Part shown: in pieces, positions 1-9,164 of the stretch
Layout of the letters: every line of letters starts with the position of its first letter
How positions within the stretch are numbered: the first letter of the stretch is position 1
From: a virus
Lineage: Duplodnaviria; Caudoviricetes
Length of the DNA stretch: 26,248 nucleotides
IMG/VR virus record: IMGVR_UViG_3300032289_000414
Location: 1-26,248 of that record
Strand: one strand, 5' to 3'
Program-made: the position numbers and the translations under genes
The notes under the pieces: generated by a model
The model's database searches: none
What the model saw: only the letters and a program-made list of their open reading frames with translations
What the model was told of the DNA's origin: nothing

Positions 1-1938
1 AAGCGTTGGGTCGAGCGCAAAGGTCAAGTGCGTCTGGATGTGCGCAAGGTGGTCTTGACGTGGATAGGCAAACGCTGGGCGTCCCAAAGCCATTGCGCTG
101 TTCTCGTCTGCCGCGTTCAACTCTGCTGGCTTGCCAGTGTTTGGCATCAGTTCGTTGACGTTCGGCACTTTCAACTGCTTGAGCATACGGCTTACCACCG
201 CACGCTGGTCAAAAATGGCAGGGAACTGCGCAGACAACTGCATGACTGACTGCATCTGGGCGACACGCTGGGTCTCGCTGAAGATGTGCGGGTCAGACAC
301 AGGAACCACGTCGCTGTTGCGGCGGAAGTCCTCGCGCTTGATGGGCAACTCGGCAACGATGTCACCCTTGCGTTGCTCGTCCAAGTGCCAGCGGTTGATG
401 CGACCAAGGATGTGCAACACACGGCGCTGGGCGTCGTGCAAGCGTGCGTGGATGGAGGAGAACACTACCGCGCCCTGCTCAATCAATGCCTGAGTCGTAC
501 CCACAGGCATATTGCTCTTGGCGTCTGCAATCTTCTCTTCGGCGGTGGTCACCACGCCCTTGGCTTCGGTCGTCAGCCAGCCTAGCAACTGGTACAGCAC
601 AGGGGAGGGTGGGTTGAAAGGCATGGGCATCGCAATCTTGCGAATGTCGTCTACGCCGATGCCGCCTTCAATCTCGGTCACCTGCGTGATTTCAATCTGG
701 TCAGACTGCCCTGAAACCTTTGCGCCTTTCAGCTTTAGCATCGTCAGTGAGTTGTTGACGTGCGCAGTGTCCAGCAAGGCCCGTAATGACCCCGTAGCGG
801 CGGCGGAAAGACCTCCGATGAGGTGAGGTAGCCCGATGGCATACGCGCCCCTCCAAGGGATGAATTTGAACTCCACAATCCAGTCCAGCTTGGTGAACGT
901 CTCGTCGCCTTCTTCCCAGTTACGGTACAAACCCAGCACCTTGCGGTCGAGTTCGTCAATCATCAGGATGTAGGGCGCGTTTTCGCCCTTGGTACGCTCG
1001 TCGTCGTCAAGGTCAAGCCAAGTGTAGATGTGGTACACGCGGCGCAAACCGTCTTCACCGTTCTCAAACTGCTTGCCTTCAATCTTGGCATTGGCCTTCT
1101 CGGCGGCGGTCTGCTCTGGTTCAGTGGTGGTGCGAATGAAATTGATGTCGCGATACAAGCCACGGTCGATGCGCTGGCGGAACTCCCACTCGCTGATGTC
1201 CTGTTGCTCCGTCACCCGTTGCGAGGTGTAGAAGTTGGCGGAGGCGAAGGGGAGCAGGATGTTGTCAATGGCGACGAATTCGGCGCAGGGTCGGCGCTTC
1301 TTGTCGTCGTACCACAGCTTCATAAACTGTGAACCACCCAACGGCAACTGGGTCAGCATTTGCTCCTGCTCGTCCCTGAACTCCTCAATCTGCTCGGTCA
1401 ACTGCCAGTTCATGTAGTCGCGCTTGCGCTCGGCGGTCTCGGTCTTCTCGTCAGTCACCTCGCCAAGAATCTTTGTCTTGGCAGGGCCGTCTGGCGGAAA
1501 CATCTCTTTGATGGCGCGGGAAGCAAAGTCCACGCAGGCTTCAGCCATCATTGGGTGGACGACTTTGGAGGCTCCAAGGAATTGAGCGCCGCCCGGTGCG
1601 TCATCCCCCATGCCTGTACGGCGCAAACCCTCTTCGTACTGCTTGTCGCGCTTCTTGCGTGCTTGGCGGTCGTTGTCGATGAGGTCGATGTAGCGGGTCG
1701 CCATCGCCTCCAACTCGTTGATGCTGATGACTTCTTCAGCCAAGTTGGCGTAGAAGTCCTCGTCCTCGGCTGGGCCTTTGAAGTCTTCCAGCTTGACAAC
1801 AGCAGAGCCGTCTGGCAACTCCTCGACATCGGGGTCTTCGCCGGGGAGCATATCCACCTCAGCGCCACCCTCCTCAGTCATTCGGATGCCCTCGATGAAG
1901 CGGTCTTCGTCTGGGCCAATTGGGTACTCTGTTGCCAT
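1..1938 (-). CDS. Portal protein (3' end truncated by window edge)
   Basis: Not in the ORF track because there is no stop in the window. Manual translation from ATG 1938 (AAGGA upstream) is open to position 1: MATEYPIGPDEDRF...GASKVVHPMMAEACVDFASRAIKEMFPPDGP...LPLGGSQFMKLWYD...FIPWRGAYAIGLPHLIGGLS...MPVGTTQALIEQG. It resembles podovirus portals and lies downstream of terL. Confidence 0.85.
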   Translation of the reverse strand, partial: MATEYPIGPDEDRFIEGIRMTEEGGAEVDMLPGEDPDVEELPDGSAVVKLEDFKGPAEDEDFYANLAEEVISINELEAMATRYIDLIDNDRQARKKRDKQYEEGLRRTGMGDDAPGGAQFLGASKVVHPMMAEACVDFASRAIKEMFPPDGPAKTKILGEVTDEKTETAERKRDYMNWQLTEQIEEFRDEQEQMLTQLPLGGSQFMKLWYDDKKRRPCAEFVAIDNILLPFASANFYTSQRVTEQQDISEWEFRQRIDRGLYRDINFIRTTTEPEQTAAEKANAKIEGKQFENGEDGLRRVYHIYTWLDLDDDERTKGENAPYILMIDELDRKVLGLYRNWEEGDETFTKLDWIVEFKFIPWRGAYAIGLPHLIGGLSAAATGSLRALLDTAHVNNSLTMLKLKGAKVSGQSDQIEITQVTEIEGGIGVDDIRKIAMPMPFNPPSPVLYQLLGWLTTEAKGVVTTAEEKIADAKSNMPVGTTQALIEQGAVVFSSIHARLHDAQRRVLHILGRINRWHLDEQRKGDIVAELPIKREDFRRNSDVVPVSDPHIFSETQRVAQMQSVMQLSAQFPAIFDQRAVVSRMLKQLKVPNVNELMPNTGKPAELNAADENSAMALGRPAFAYPRQDHLAHIQTHLTFALDPTL

Positions 1939-1947
1939 ATGTAATCC

Positions 1948-4900
1948 TTATCGTGACATTGCGGCAAGTCCACCGCGTCGTTTTTTTGGTGCTTCAGGCT
2001 TCATGCCTTTATATGCTTGGTATCCCTTCTTGACGCCCTTCTTAATCAAGCCAGCGGGCGCGAGGATACCAGCCACGGTCTCAGAGATTGGGAACTCGTT
2101 CTCGCCAAGCATCCCAGCGCTATGCATTGCGTCAATGATTTGCTGACTGCCAAACCAAGGCTTTTCAGAAGCCAGATTGGTTCCAGCAACGGCGTCAGGA
2201 AGCATCAAGCCCAAGTTCACCAAGTCAGGGATAGCGCCAGCGTATTGAGCGCCAACACGCAGGGCAAAGTCTTTTGCGCCCCTTGCGCTCTTGAGTTGGT
2301 TGGCCTCGTCCTTGACGTTTTGCTTGGCCCAGTCATATACGGCTGGCGCGTTTCGCTTGATGTTCTCCCATTCCCTCTTGGTAATGAGCGGCGAACTTTC
2401 AGACATATCAACAGCCATACCGCCACCGTCAAAGTGCTGAGGCTCTTTGAATTGCAAGGTCTTGAATGCGCCACCGCCTTCTGCTTTGCTCAACTCTGGG
2501 CTGTAGATGTCGTAGGTTCCCTTATTACCAATGGCGCTCTTGACGGCGTTGGGGTTGTAGGACACAACCTCGCCCAACTCACCGTCCTTGGTGTATTGCA
2601 TCAAGCCATCATAGCCAGCGGCTCGTGCGCGTGACTCGACCTCTTTGCCAATGTAGCCTTTGTTTTCGTATGCACGTTCAACCATACGCGAAGCCTGAGA
2701 CTCGTCCATGCCAAGTCTAATCAACGCCTCAATCATTGGGTCGTTTGAAGCGCTACCATCAATCACAAGGGGATTTTTAATCTGCGCATATACGGGTAGC
2801 ACATTGCCGCCCTCATAGTCGCCCGCGCCCTTATAGGTGTACTGTTCCGCATAGTTTGGATTTGGCGTCATGTACACACCAGAGCCAAGTGCGCCTTCCT
2901 TGCTAGGCTTGAGCCTGCGGATGGCTTCAGTACCCTTGCCGCCTTCGGTTGCGGTCGTGCCGTGGTACAGGCGCATAGGTGTCTTGCTCTCAGCAAGAAA
3001 CTTCTGGAGGTTCGCCTCACGCTCTAGCGCAGGCAGGCTGTTGTCAGCTATCAGGCGCTTACCAATACTCGCAAGCCCAGACACCACCTTGCCTGCTTTG
3101 CCACCTTTGTCAAAGGACTGGACGTTGCCACCGTCAGCGTAGACGTCAGGCAACTCAACGGCAGGGCGTCGATAGGAGCCGTCAACCTCTGGCAACACCA
3201 AGCGGTTGGACAGTTCCAGTTCCTCTTTGAGTGCCTCGATGAAGTCCTCTTGAGTCCTGCGGGGCATACCCTCGCGCAAGTCGCCACGAGGATTGATTTT
3301 TACAAGGCTTGCTGGCGCACCGCTTTCAGACAGGGCGCGACTGCGGTGACGACCCTCGTGTCCAATCACGCTGGGCTTGACTGGCAAGCCAACCTCGTCC
3401 TTGAACAAGTTCAGGTAAGGCAAGTCACTAAAGCCGTCTTGCAGGCGTTGCAGGTGTTGGATGTACTCGTCCATTGGCACGGTGTACTTGTCGATGTCAC
3501 CCTGCCTTGCTAGTTCAGCCATCTTGGGGCCAATGTCATTCTTAGTGCGACCTTTGAGTTCAAGGGCGTATCGTTCAAACTCGGCAGGGTTGAGGGTAAT
3601 CATTGCGCTGGCGTTGTCGCCAGTGAACGCCTCTTTGAGCGCGTCCTCTTGGTACATCTTCTCAAGATTTGGTATCTCGTCAGCCGCACGCTCGACACGC
3701 CTTGCGCCGTAGTTGCCCTTCATGTTGCGGACAGCCTCGCGGACGTTGTTCATCTTGCTGGGGATGAGGATGCCGGGGGCCTCCACCCCAATGCGGGCAG
3801 TGGGCATCATGTTTAACCGTGTCTGCTTTTCCGCTTTCGTCTCTACGGGCGCGTCAGCAAGCAGTCGCTTACCAACATTGGCAACGCCTTGGGCTAACTT
3901 CCCAACCTTGCCGCCCTTATCCATGAACTCCAGCTTCTTGAACGCTCCGCCACCTTGAGCCATGCCCATGTTGTTTATGCGCTCTTCGATTCCCTTGGCA
4001 ATGAGGGCGTCTTCTTCATCAATGTCCACTTCGCCACCTTTCTTTTGTCCTGTCAGCTTCTTGATGCGCTCACGATAGCGGTTGTACTCGTCAAGGTATT
4101 GGTCGTCCACCACCTGATGAGGGAAGACCTTTTGAATCGTCCCTGTGAAGTCAGATGGGCGCTTGGTCGTGGCGATGTGTTGGGCGGCGTCAGGGAAGCC
4201 AATGACAAAGGGTGTCAGAACTTCCTGTGGGCCTTGCGCTTCACCGAGGATGCGGTGGCTGTAGGTGTTGTGGGGGTTGCCTGCGGCTTCGACCAGCGCG
4301 TTAGGCTTCAACTCGCCCGTCATTAAGCCCGTCATGTTGATTTCCATGTCACGGATGCGCGGCTCTGTGATGGCGTATTGGATGTCCAACCCATTCGGCA
4401 AGCCCAAAGGTTGAGTTATCTTGGGAACCTTCGTGCGGTTGTTGAACCATTTGCGAAGGTTGCTGTCTTCCTTCATGGCGGCAAGTGCGCCTTCACGGTC
4501 AGCAAGGCCGGGCCAGTTGGGGAACGTCACCATCTCGCCAGTCTTGGGGTCTTTGTAGCCGCCCGCGATGATGTTGTCGAACACTTGCACGTTCTTGGGT
4601 TGAACCTTTGACCAATCAACAGCACGCAAGTTGGCGTCAGCAAAGTGCATGGCAAAGTTATTGGACGTTGGCCCCATTGCGAGGTGGGAGCCGATGACAC
4701 GCTCAGGCTCGAACAGTTCAGCCACTCGGTCAATCTTGCCCTGCACACCCTTCGCTGGCGTTTCGGTTGACTTCCAGAACTCAGGCTCAGGCAGGTGCTT
4801 TTGGCCCAAGCCGTAATACGCGCCGCCCTCTTGAACCGAGTCGATAGGGAATCCCTCGACCTCTTCCAGCACCTTGTTGGACACGGTTTGGTCGCCGGGG

Positions 4901-5262
4901 AACGCCACCTTCACGTCACCTTTGCGCGGGATGTAGGTCGTCTCTTGAGCCACCGTGCCTGTGGGCGTCAGCTTGTAATTCAGATTCTTGAGTCGTTGGC
5001 TCTCCTTCATAGAGCGACCAGCGAGGTTGGTGGTGTCTTTTGGCTTGCCGCTTCTGACGTGTTCCCCAAGCATCTGTCGAGCCACACGGTCAGCCTGTTG
5101 GTCAATGAACTCTGGCGTCATGCGGGCGCGAGGCAGAACCAAAGGCAGTGCTTGGTCTCCGCTGTGCGACGTCAGTTCGGCGAGTCGTGCATCGTCTGGC
5201 GTAGCCGTCAGTCGTTGGCGAATCTTGCCAAGTCCGCCCAATAGTTTTTTAGCGTCTGCCAT
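1948..5262 (-). CDS. Large modular polyvalent-type protein: unknown N-terminal domain, ParB/Srx-like domain, ADP-ribosyltransferase-like (ART-PolyVal-type) domain, hydrophobic tail
   Basis: ART-like motifs LYHGT, GSGVYMT, VLPVY..IKNPL, AAGYDG, GEVVSYNPNAVKSAIGNKGTYD (about 2490-2990). ParB-like VIGHEGRHRSRAL (about 3330-3370). Domains are separated by repeated xxGG linkers. Confidence 0.7.
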   Translation of the reverse strand: MADAKKLLGGLGKIRQRLTATPDDARLAELTSHSGDQALPLVLPRARMTPEFIDQQADRVARQMLGEHVRSGKPKDTTNLAGRSMKESQRLKNLNYKLTPTGTVAQETTYIPRKGDVKVAFPGDQTVSNKVLEEVEGFPIDSVQEGGAYYGLGQKHLPEPEFWKSTETPAKGVQGKIDRVAELFEPERVIGSHLAMGPTSNNFAMHFADANLRAVDWSKVQPKNVQVFDNIIAGGYKDPKTGEMVTFPNWPGLADREGALAAMKEDSNLRKWFNNRTKVPKITQPLGLPNGLDIQYAITEPRIRDMEINMTGLMTGELKPNALVEAAGNPHNTYSHRILGEAQGPQEVLTPFVIGFPDAAQHIATTKRPSDFTGTIQKVFPHQVVDDQYLDEYNRYRERIKKLTGQKKGGEVDIDEEDALIAKGIEERINNMGMAQGGGAFKKLEFMDKGGKVGKLAQGVANVGKRLLADAPVETKAEKQTRLNMMPTARIGVEAPGILIPSKMNNVREAVRNMKGNYGARRVERAADEIPNLEKMYQEDALKEAFTGDNASAMITLNPAEFERYALELKGRTKNDIGPKMAELARQGDIDKYTVPMDEYIQHLQRLQDGFSDLPYLNLFKDEVGLPVKPSVIGHEGRHRSRALSESGAPASLVKINPRGDLREGMPRRTQEDFIEALKEELELSNRLVLPEVDGSYRRPAVELPDVYADGGNVQSFDKGGKAGKVVSGLASIGKRLIADNSLPALEREANLQKFLAESKTPMRLYHGTTATEGGKGTEAIRRLKPSKEGALGSGVYMTPNPNYAEQYTYKGAGDYEGGNVLPVYAQIKNPLVIDGSASNDPMIEALIRLGMDESQASRMVERAYENKGYIGKEVESRARAAGYDGLMQYTKDGELGEVVSYNPNAVKSAIGNKGTYDIYSPELSKAEGGGAFKTLQFKEPQHFDGGGMAVDMSESSPLITKREWENIKRNAPAVYDWAKQNVKDEANQLKSARGAKDFALRVGAQYAGAIPDLVNLGLMLPDAVAGTNLASEKPWFGSQQIIDAMHSAGMLGENEFPISETVAGILAPAGLIKKGVKKGYQAYKGMKPEAPKKRRGGLAAMSR

Positions 5263-5264
5263 AG

Positions 5265-6680
5265 TTACACCGCGTATGGGTTAACCCGCTCTTTACGGGC
5301 ATAAGCATAGTCATCATCGTCATCATACCGAGGCTCTGGGTTAATGTCGAGGAAACCCATGTCTTTCAGTAATCGAATCGCTTGCGTTGCGCTATCGACG
5401 TAGTCATCGTGAGCGGCGTCAGGGAAGGCGCATATTTGGGACAGGAAGCCCTCCGCCCAGTCTTTGACGTAGCCCTTGTGGACAGACGACTCTGGGAGCC
5501 AGACGCGCCCAGTGGCGAAGATGGAGGCGGTAATCTGCAAGCGGGTCATCTTGTCAGCACCGCCGGGGTTCCACGCACGCACAGGCAGGTGCATCGCCTG
5601 CAACTCCTGCACCAGAGACAGACCCGACGCCTTGGCTTCCACCAGTATCAGGTCAGGGCGCTTGGCATCCTTGCCATCCCCGTAGGAGACGCGCCACTCG
5701 TCCAGCACCTTGGGCTTCAGCTTGGGGAAGGTCAGATGCTCTGCCCAGCAGTCGAGGAGCAAGACGGACATAGGCCCATCCGTTGGTCTGAACACGCCCC
5801 ACGTTGTCATCGCGGTCGGGTCGTTGTAGGTCTTGTCCGTGTAGGCAGAGTCGTAGGACTGCACGATGTACTCAAACTTGGGGAAGGGCTTGTCCGCTGG
5901 GTACAGCTTGAACATATCGCGACTGACCACCTTGCCGTCCTCAAGGTCAACCAATTGGCCCATCACCTCCTGCTCGTACAGCTTGCTTCCCTTGTAGGAC
6001 TCCAACTGCTTGCGGAAGGTAGAGGCGAGGTTGGCTTCGTTCTCGTAGGTGCTGGCGCGGTCAATCACCACGTCCGCTCCTTCGCGCCCAACCAAGTCAA
6101 TGATGAGGTCTTTGGGGCGCGGTGTCGTGGTCACGATGACGCGAGGCTTGTCACCCAAACGAAGACCCATCATCATCATGTCCCACGCCTCACCAGCGCC
6201 AAGGTACTGGAATGCCGCCAACTCATCACACCACGCAAAGTGGAACTGCGGGCCGCGCAGACGCTCATACGAGTCGCCACTGATGCCACGGATGATGGAG
6301 CCGTTGGACAGCTTAATCTGGTGGTCTTGCTTGTTGTAGTCAATCACCAACTCTTCAGGGATGCAGGCAAGAAGACCAGACTGACCCTCGAAGCAGGTGA
6401 ACTTGATGTCATTCGATGTGGGCGCGAGGACGAGGCAACGGCTGTTCGGGTTTGTCCATGCCCACCACCAGAGCGCCTCAGCGGCGGAGCGGGTCTTGCC
6501 TGCACCGCGCCCTGCCAGCATCATCCAGACGGTGTAGTCCTGCTCCAGCGGGGGAGGGACTTGGTAACGGTGGGCGCTTGCCACCCACTTGGCGTGTGCT
6601 ATGTATGCGATACGGTCATGCTCAGGCTTGGCGTTGAACTCCGCCTGCACCTCTGGGTCTTCGAGCAACTCAGCCAGCAC
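5265..6680 (-). CDS. terL: Terminase large subunit
   Basis: Walker A AGRGAGKT, Walker B FAWCDE, coupling motif TTTP, RNase H-like nuclease residues (SYDSA, HDDYVDS). GTG start overlaps the end of terS. Confidence 0.95.
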   Translation of the reverse strand: MLAELLEDPEVQAEFNAKPEHDRIAYIAHAKWVASAHRYQVPPPLEQDYTVWMMLAGRGAGKTRSAAEALWWWAWTNPNSRCLVLAPTSNDIKFTCFEGQSGLLACIPEELVIDYNKQDHQIKLSNGSIIRGISGDSYERLRGPQFHFAWCDELAAFQYLGAGEAWDMMMMGLRLGDKPRVIVTTTPRPKDLIIDLVGREGADVVIDRASTYENEANLASTFRKQLESYKGSKLYEQEVMGQLVDLEDGKVVSRDMFKLYPADKPFPKFEYIVQSYDSAYTDKTYNDPTAMTTWGVFRPTDGPMSVLLLDCWAEHLTFPKLKPKVLDEWRVSYGDGKDAKRPDLILVEAKASGLSLVQELQAMHLPVRAWNPGGADKMTRLQITASIFATGRVWLPESSVHKGYVKDWAEGFLSQICAFPDAAHDDYVDSATQAIRLLKDMGFLDINPEPRYDDDDDYAYARKERVNPYAV

Positions 6681-7260
6681 GCTTAGTCATCTCCATGTTG
6701 CGGATGATGTCAAGGAACTTGTTGGCGTTGGTGTCCTCGGTCTTGATAGCCGCTCCACCCTCCACGCCTTCCAGCGCCACGCGGTCGCCGTACTTCTTAG
6801 GCTTTAGTTTCATCGCCGTCCACTTGCGTGCCTCGATGCGGTTCTTCTGCCACTGGAGGAAAGCGCCGTCCAGCTTATGCTCAATCAGCGCCCCAGTCTT
6901 CTTGTCGACCACCGCGATGACTTCAGGTTGCTCGTCGGCGATGTGGATGATTTCGTCAGCCAGCGTGTCAGCCTGCTCTTCGCGTGCGCGTGTGTACTGC
7001 TCCGCGAAAGAGGGGTGGCGCAACAACCATTCGTAAACCGTCGACTGCGCTGGCATTCCCGTATCCTTGAGAATCTGTCTCAGACTCTCCCCTTCTGCTA
7101 TCCGTATACAGATGACAGTAGCAAGGTGTTCGTTGTATGTGGTGGGAGCGCCTAGAGGGTTCTTTTGCGGGGCTACAGGCTTCTCGGCGGGCGCGGAGAC
7201 CTTACCCCTTGGCTTGGTAGTCTTGAGTGCCTTAGCAGGCTTCTTAGCGGTTTCTGGCAT
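6670..7260 (-). CDS. terS: Terminase small subunit (Sf6 gp1-like)
   Basis: ICIRIAEGESLRQI..MPAQSTVYEWL HTH, YTRAREEQADTLADEII, RIEARKWTAMKLKPKKYGDR; immediately upstream of terL. Confidence 0.9.
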   Translation of the reverse strand: MPETAKKPAKALKTTKPRGKVSAPAEKPVAPQKNPLGAPTTYNEHLATVICIRIAEGESLRQILKDTGMPAQSTVYEWLLRHPSFAEQYTRAREEQADTLADEIIHIADEQPEVIAVVDKKTGALIEHKLDGAFLQWQKNRIEARKWTAMKLKPKKYGDRVALEGVEGGAAIKTEDTNANKFLDIIRNMEMTKRAG

Positions 7261-7329
7261 AACCCGTATTCCCCAGTGAATGAACGAATGTCGTCAGTGT
7301 AAACGATTCGCTTTCGGGGCGCTATGGGT

Positions 7330-7472
7330 TGTTGGCTACTCGCTGTGCCTGCTTACTATGCGCTTCACTTCAGAGTCACGCAGAACTTGCTTTCACCAAC
7401 ACGGCTGGGGACTCCCCTCGGTTTCTATATTCCGATGGGCAAGTGAACGCCCGAATCCCCATGCGTGCTGGC
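7330..7472 (-). ncRNA. Candidate structured RNA in the terS leader
   Basis: Multi-stem fold whose non-Watson-Crick pairs are G-U only on the minus strand; alternative helix with an AGUA/GAA loop-E-like motif (see findings). Confidence 0.5.
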
Positions 7473-7499
7473 TCCGCTTGCGCGGAAACCGACTCGGTT

Positions 7500-7667
7500 T
7501 TATTTCGCTTTCGCTTCGCTACACAGCTTGCCGACATACGCGCTGGTTTTTTGCTTTGCGCAGTCCTGCTCGTCAAGTGTGAAGTCTGGAACCCACGCCA
7601 TAAACACGAAAACCAGAACCATCATTATACCAATGACGACCTTCTCCAGCAATGTTTCTTCTCTCAT
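7500..7667 (-). CDS. Small membrane protein (55 aa)
   Basis: Below the ORF-track cutoff. MREETLLEKVVIGIMMVLVFVFMAWVPDFTLDEQDCAKQKTSAYVGKLCSEAKAK; GGAGGTG SD and ATGA overlap with the upstream gene. Confidence 0.7.
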   Translation of the reverse strand: MREETLLEKVVIGIMMVLVFVFMAWVPDFTLDEQDCAKQKTSAYVGKLCSEAKAK

Positions 7668-7927
7668 TTCACCTCCTCCACAGTCACACGGTATTTGGTT
7701 CCAAAGCGGTCTTCGACCTCGATGGTCTTCTTGGTGCTGGCAAAGCCGCCCTCTTTGGTCAGGTCGTACTGTGGGCGGCTCACGCTAGACAGCAGGCGCT
7801 CGGTGTCGTTGGCCTTGAGTTCTTTGCTGATGACGTGTGCGATGTAGTCGCAATAGACAACGTAGGACTTTGGCAGGTTGTCAAAGAACTGGTTGACGAT
7901 GGTGTTCATGGTGTCAAAGTGGGACAT
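7664..7927 (-). CDS. Hypothetical phage protein
   Basis: ORF track gives 7664-7960; start moved to ATG 7927 (MSHFDT) because of the AAGGAG SD. Confidence 0.7.
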   Translation of the reverse strand: MSHFDTMNTIVNQFFDNLPKSYVVYCDYIAHVISKELKANDTERLLSSVSRPQYDLTKEGGFASTKKTIEVEDRFGTKYRVTVEEVK

Positions 7928-7937
7928 GGAGTTCTCC

Positions 7938-8189
7938 TTAATCGTTGAGTTGTTCGGCAATTTCGGACTCGATACGGCTCGTGTCCTCTTCGGTCAGCTT
8001 GCGCTCCAGCCAAGGTGCTGGGCGTCCACGGCGGTCACACACGGTGAACTCGCACTCGGTGTAGCCGTGGTAGTCCCAATCGCTGGCGGCGTGGTAGCTG
8101 TACGAGCCACTCACGCTCTCGAAGTAGGTGACACCAATGATGCAGGGGATGCCTGCGACGCGGGATTCAATTTCTGCTATGTATGACAT
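7938..8189 (-). CDS. Hypothetical phage protein
   Basis: 83 aa; GGAAAGCGAA directly before the ATG; in operon context. Confidence 0.75.
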   Translation of the reverse strand: MSYIAEIESRVAGIPCIIGVTYFESVSGSYSYHAASDWDYHGYTECEFTVCDRRGRPAPWLERKLTEEDTSRIESEIAEQLND

Positions 8190-8223
8190 TTCGCTTTCCT
8201 TTCGATTTCGATTCGCTTTTAAT

Positions 8224-8239
8224 GGGGGCTTTCGCCCCC
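8224..8239 (-). other. GC hairpin with GAAA tetraloop (no U-tract)
   Basis: GGGGGC-GAAA-GCCCCC on the minus strand, intergenic. Confidence 0.6.
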
Positions 8240-8245
8240 GTGACT

Positions 8246-8677
8246 TCAGAAGTGTGGGTTGCGGTCATTGTGGTGACCGCTAATCATTGACCAGCACTTC
8301 ATCTTCCAAGAGCCAGTGTTGCCACGGCGGTAGAACACCTGACCCTCTGTTGTTGTGATTTTCTTCAGGGTCTTGCTGATGGTCTTGATATGACCGCAGG
8401 GGTATGAGTCGCCGTTGAAATAGTAGGACACGGCATCCAAACGGGCTGGTGCTTTGATGACATCGAAGCGTGGGTAACAACCGTCACCAGCGTCGGTGGC
8501 GATGTAGTCCACGCCCTCAAAGCGGCTGGCGGCGTCTGCCACTTCTTGAGCCTGCTCAAATGACTTGAGGTCATGGCGAGAAACCCAGCCATCTGTGTGT
8601 TGCACTTTGTCGCTAATTTCGACAACCACAATGTGTGCGGGAGCGTGTGGATTTTGTTGTGTCTTGAAGAAGTTCAT
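8246..8677 (-). CDS. Hypothetical early protein
   Basis: 143 aa; has its own promoter and a GAAAGCGAA leader. Confidence 0.75.
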   Translation of the reverse strand: MNFFKTQQNPHAPAHIVVVEISDKVQHTDGWVSRHDLKSFEQAQEVADAASRFEGVDYIATDAGDGCYPRFDVIKAPARLDAVSYYFNGDSYPCGHIKTISKTLKKITTTEGQVFYRRGNTGSWKMKCWSMISGHHNDRNPHF

Positions 8678-8724
8678 GGTTCGCTTTCGTTAAGTTACCC
8701 AACTGATTTTGTGTTGGTGAAGTT

Positions 8725-8751
8725 AGTATAACAGAAAATTAAACAACGCAA
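8725..8751 (-). promoter_or_regulatory. Sigma70-like promoter (extended -10)
   Basis: TGtTATACT at 8725-8733 and a weak -35 TTGCGT; downstream AACTTCAC is shared with the promoter at 9219. Confidence 0.6.
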
Positions 8752-8767
8752 AGCCCCTATGGGGCTT
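8751..8767 (-). terminator. Probable intrinsic terminator
   Basis: AAGCCCC-ATA-GGGGCTT followed by T-rich sequence, just after the stop of 8772-9164. Confidence 0.5.
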
Positions 8768-8771
8768 ATGG

Positions 8772-9164
8772 TTATTGTTTTGCCCAGTACCCGTAAACCA
8801 TTTTGTGGGTGCAGTCCCAGATGTCGTGAGCCACACCGTCAATCACCGCCACAAAATGGTGAGCTTGCTTGGCTATCACAACACCTGCGGGCATATCGGA
8901 ACAACGCGCCTTACGACCGTCAAACTTGGGGGCTTGCCTCCATGTCCAACCGTGGCGCTTTAGCACCTCGCTATACACGTCCTTCATGATGCCGTTACGG
9001 GCAGACTTTGCGCGACCGTTATCGGCGTTGGCTTGCGCCAATTCCTTGTACACGGCTGTGTAGTCCAAGCCCAGCGCGATTGCCATTGCTCTGGCTCCGC
9101 AGTCGCCCGCTGTTCCTTTAAAACCTGCGGTCTTGCGACCTCCATCGTTATATTGATATTTCAT
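8772..9164 (-). CDS. Putative papain-fold (C39-like) cysteine peptidase
   Basis: GDCGARAMAIALGLDY ... HHFVAVIDGVAHD gives a Cys/His/Asp arrangement like C39 peptidases (DCG.A ... H.VV). Confidence 0.45.
   Translation of the reverse strand: MKYQYNDGGRKTAGFKGTAGDCGARAMAIALGLDYTAVYKELAQANADNGRAKSARNGIMKDVYSEVLKRHGWTWRQAPKFDGRKARCSDMPAGVVIAKQAHHFVAVIDGVAHDIWDCTHKMVYGYWAKQ

Noticed and set aside
28-1944. Many short ORFs on both strands
   Set aside because: Shadows of the portal gene, which the ORF track missed because it has no stop in the window.
5382-6686. 434-aa plus-strand ORF
   Set aside because: Antisense shadow of terL with no recognisable motifs.
7396-7471. 76-nt multi-stem element as a tRNA or hammerhead ribozyme
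   Set aside because: No proper D-arm, anticodon arm, T-loop or CCA, and no CUGANGA/GAAA core in the right arrangement; kept only as an unassigned structured RNA.
7503-7511. GAAAGCGAA copy as a regulatory site
   Set aside because: It lies inside the last codons of the 7500-7667 gene with no start codon following.
7329-7847. 172-aa plus-strand ORF and 7376-7576 minus-strand ORF
   Set aside because: No evident SD or motifs; they conflict with the 7500-7667 gene and the structured leader.
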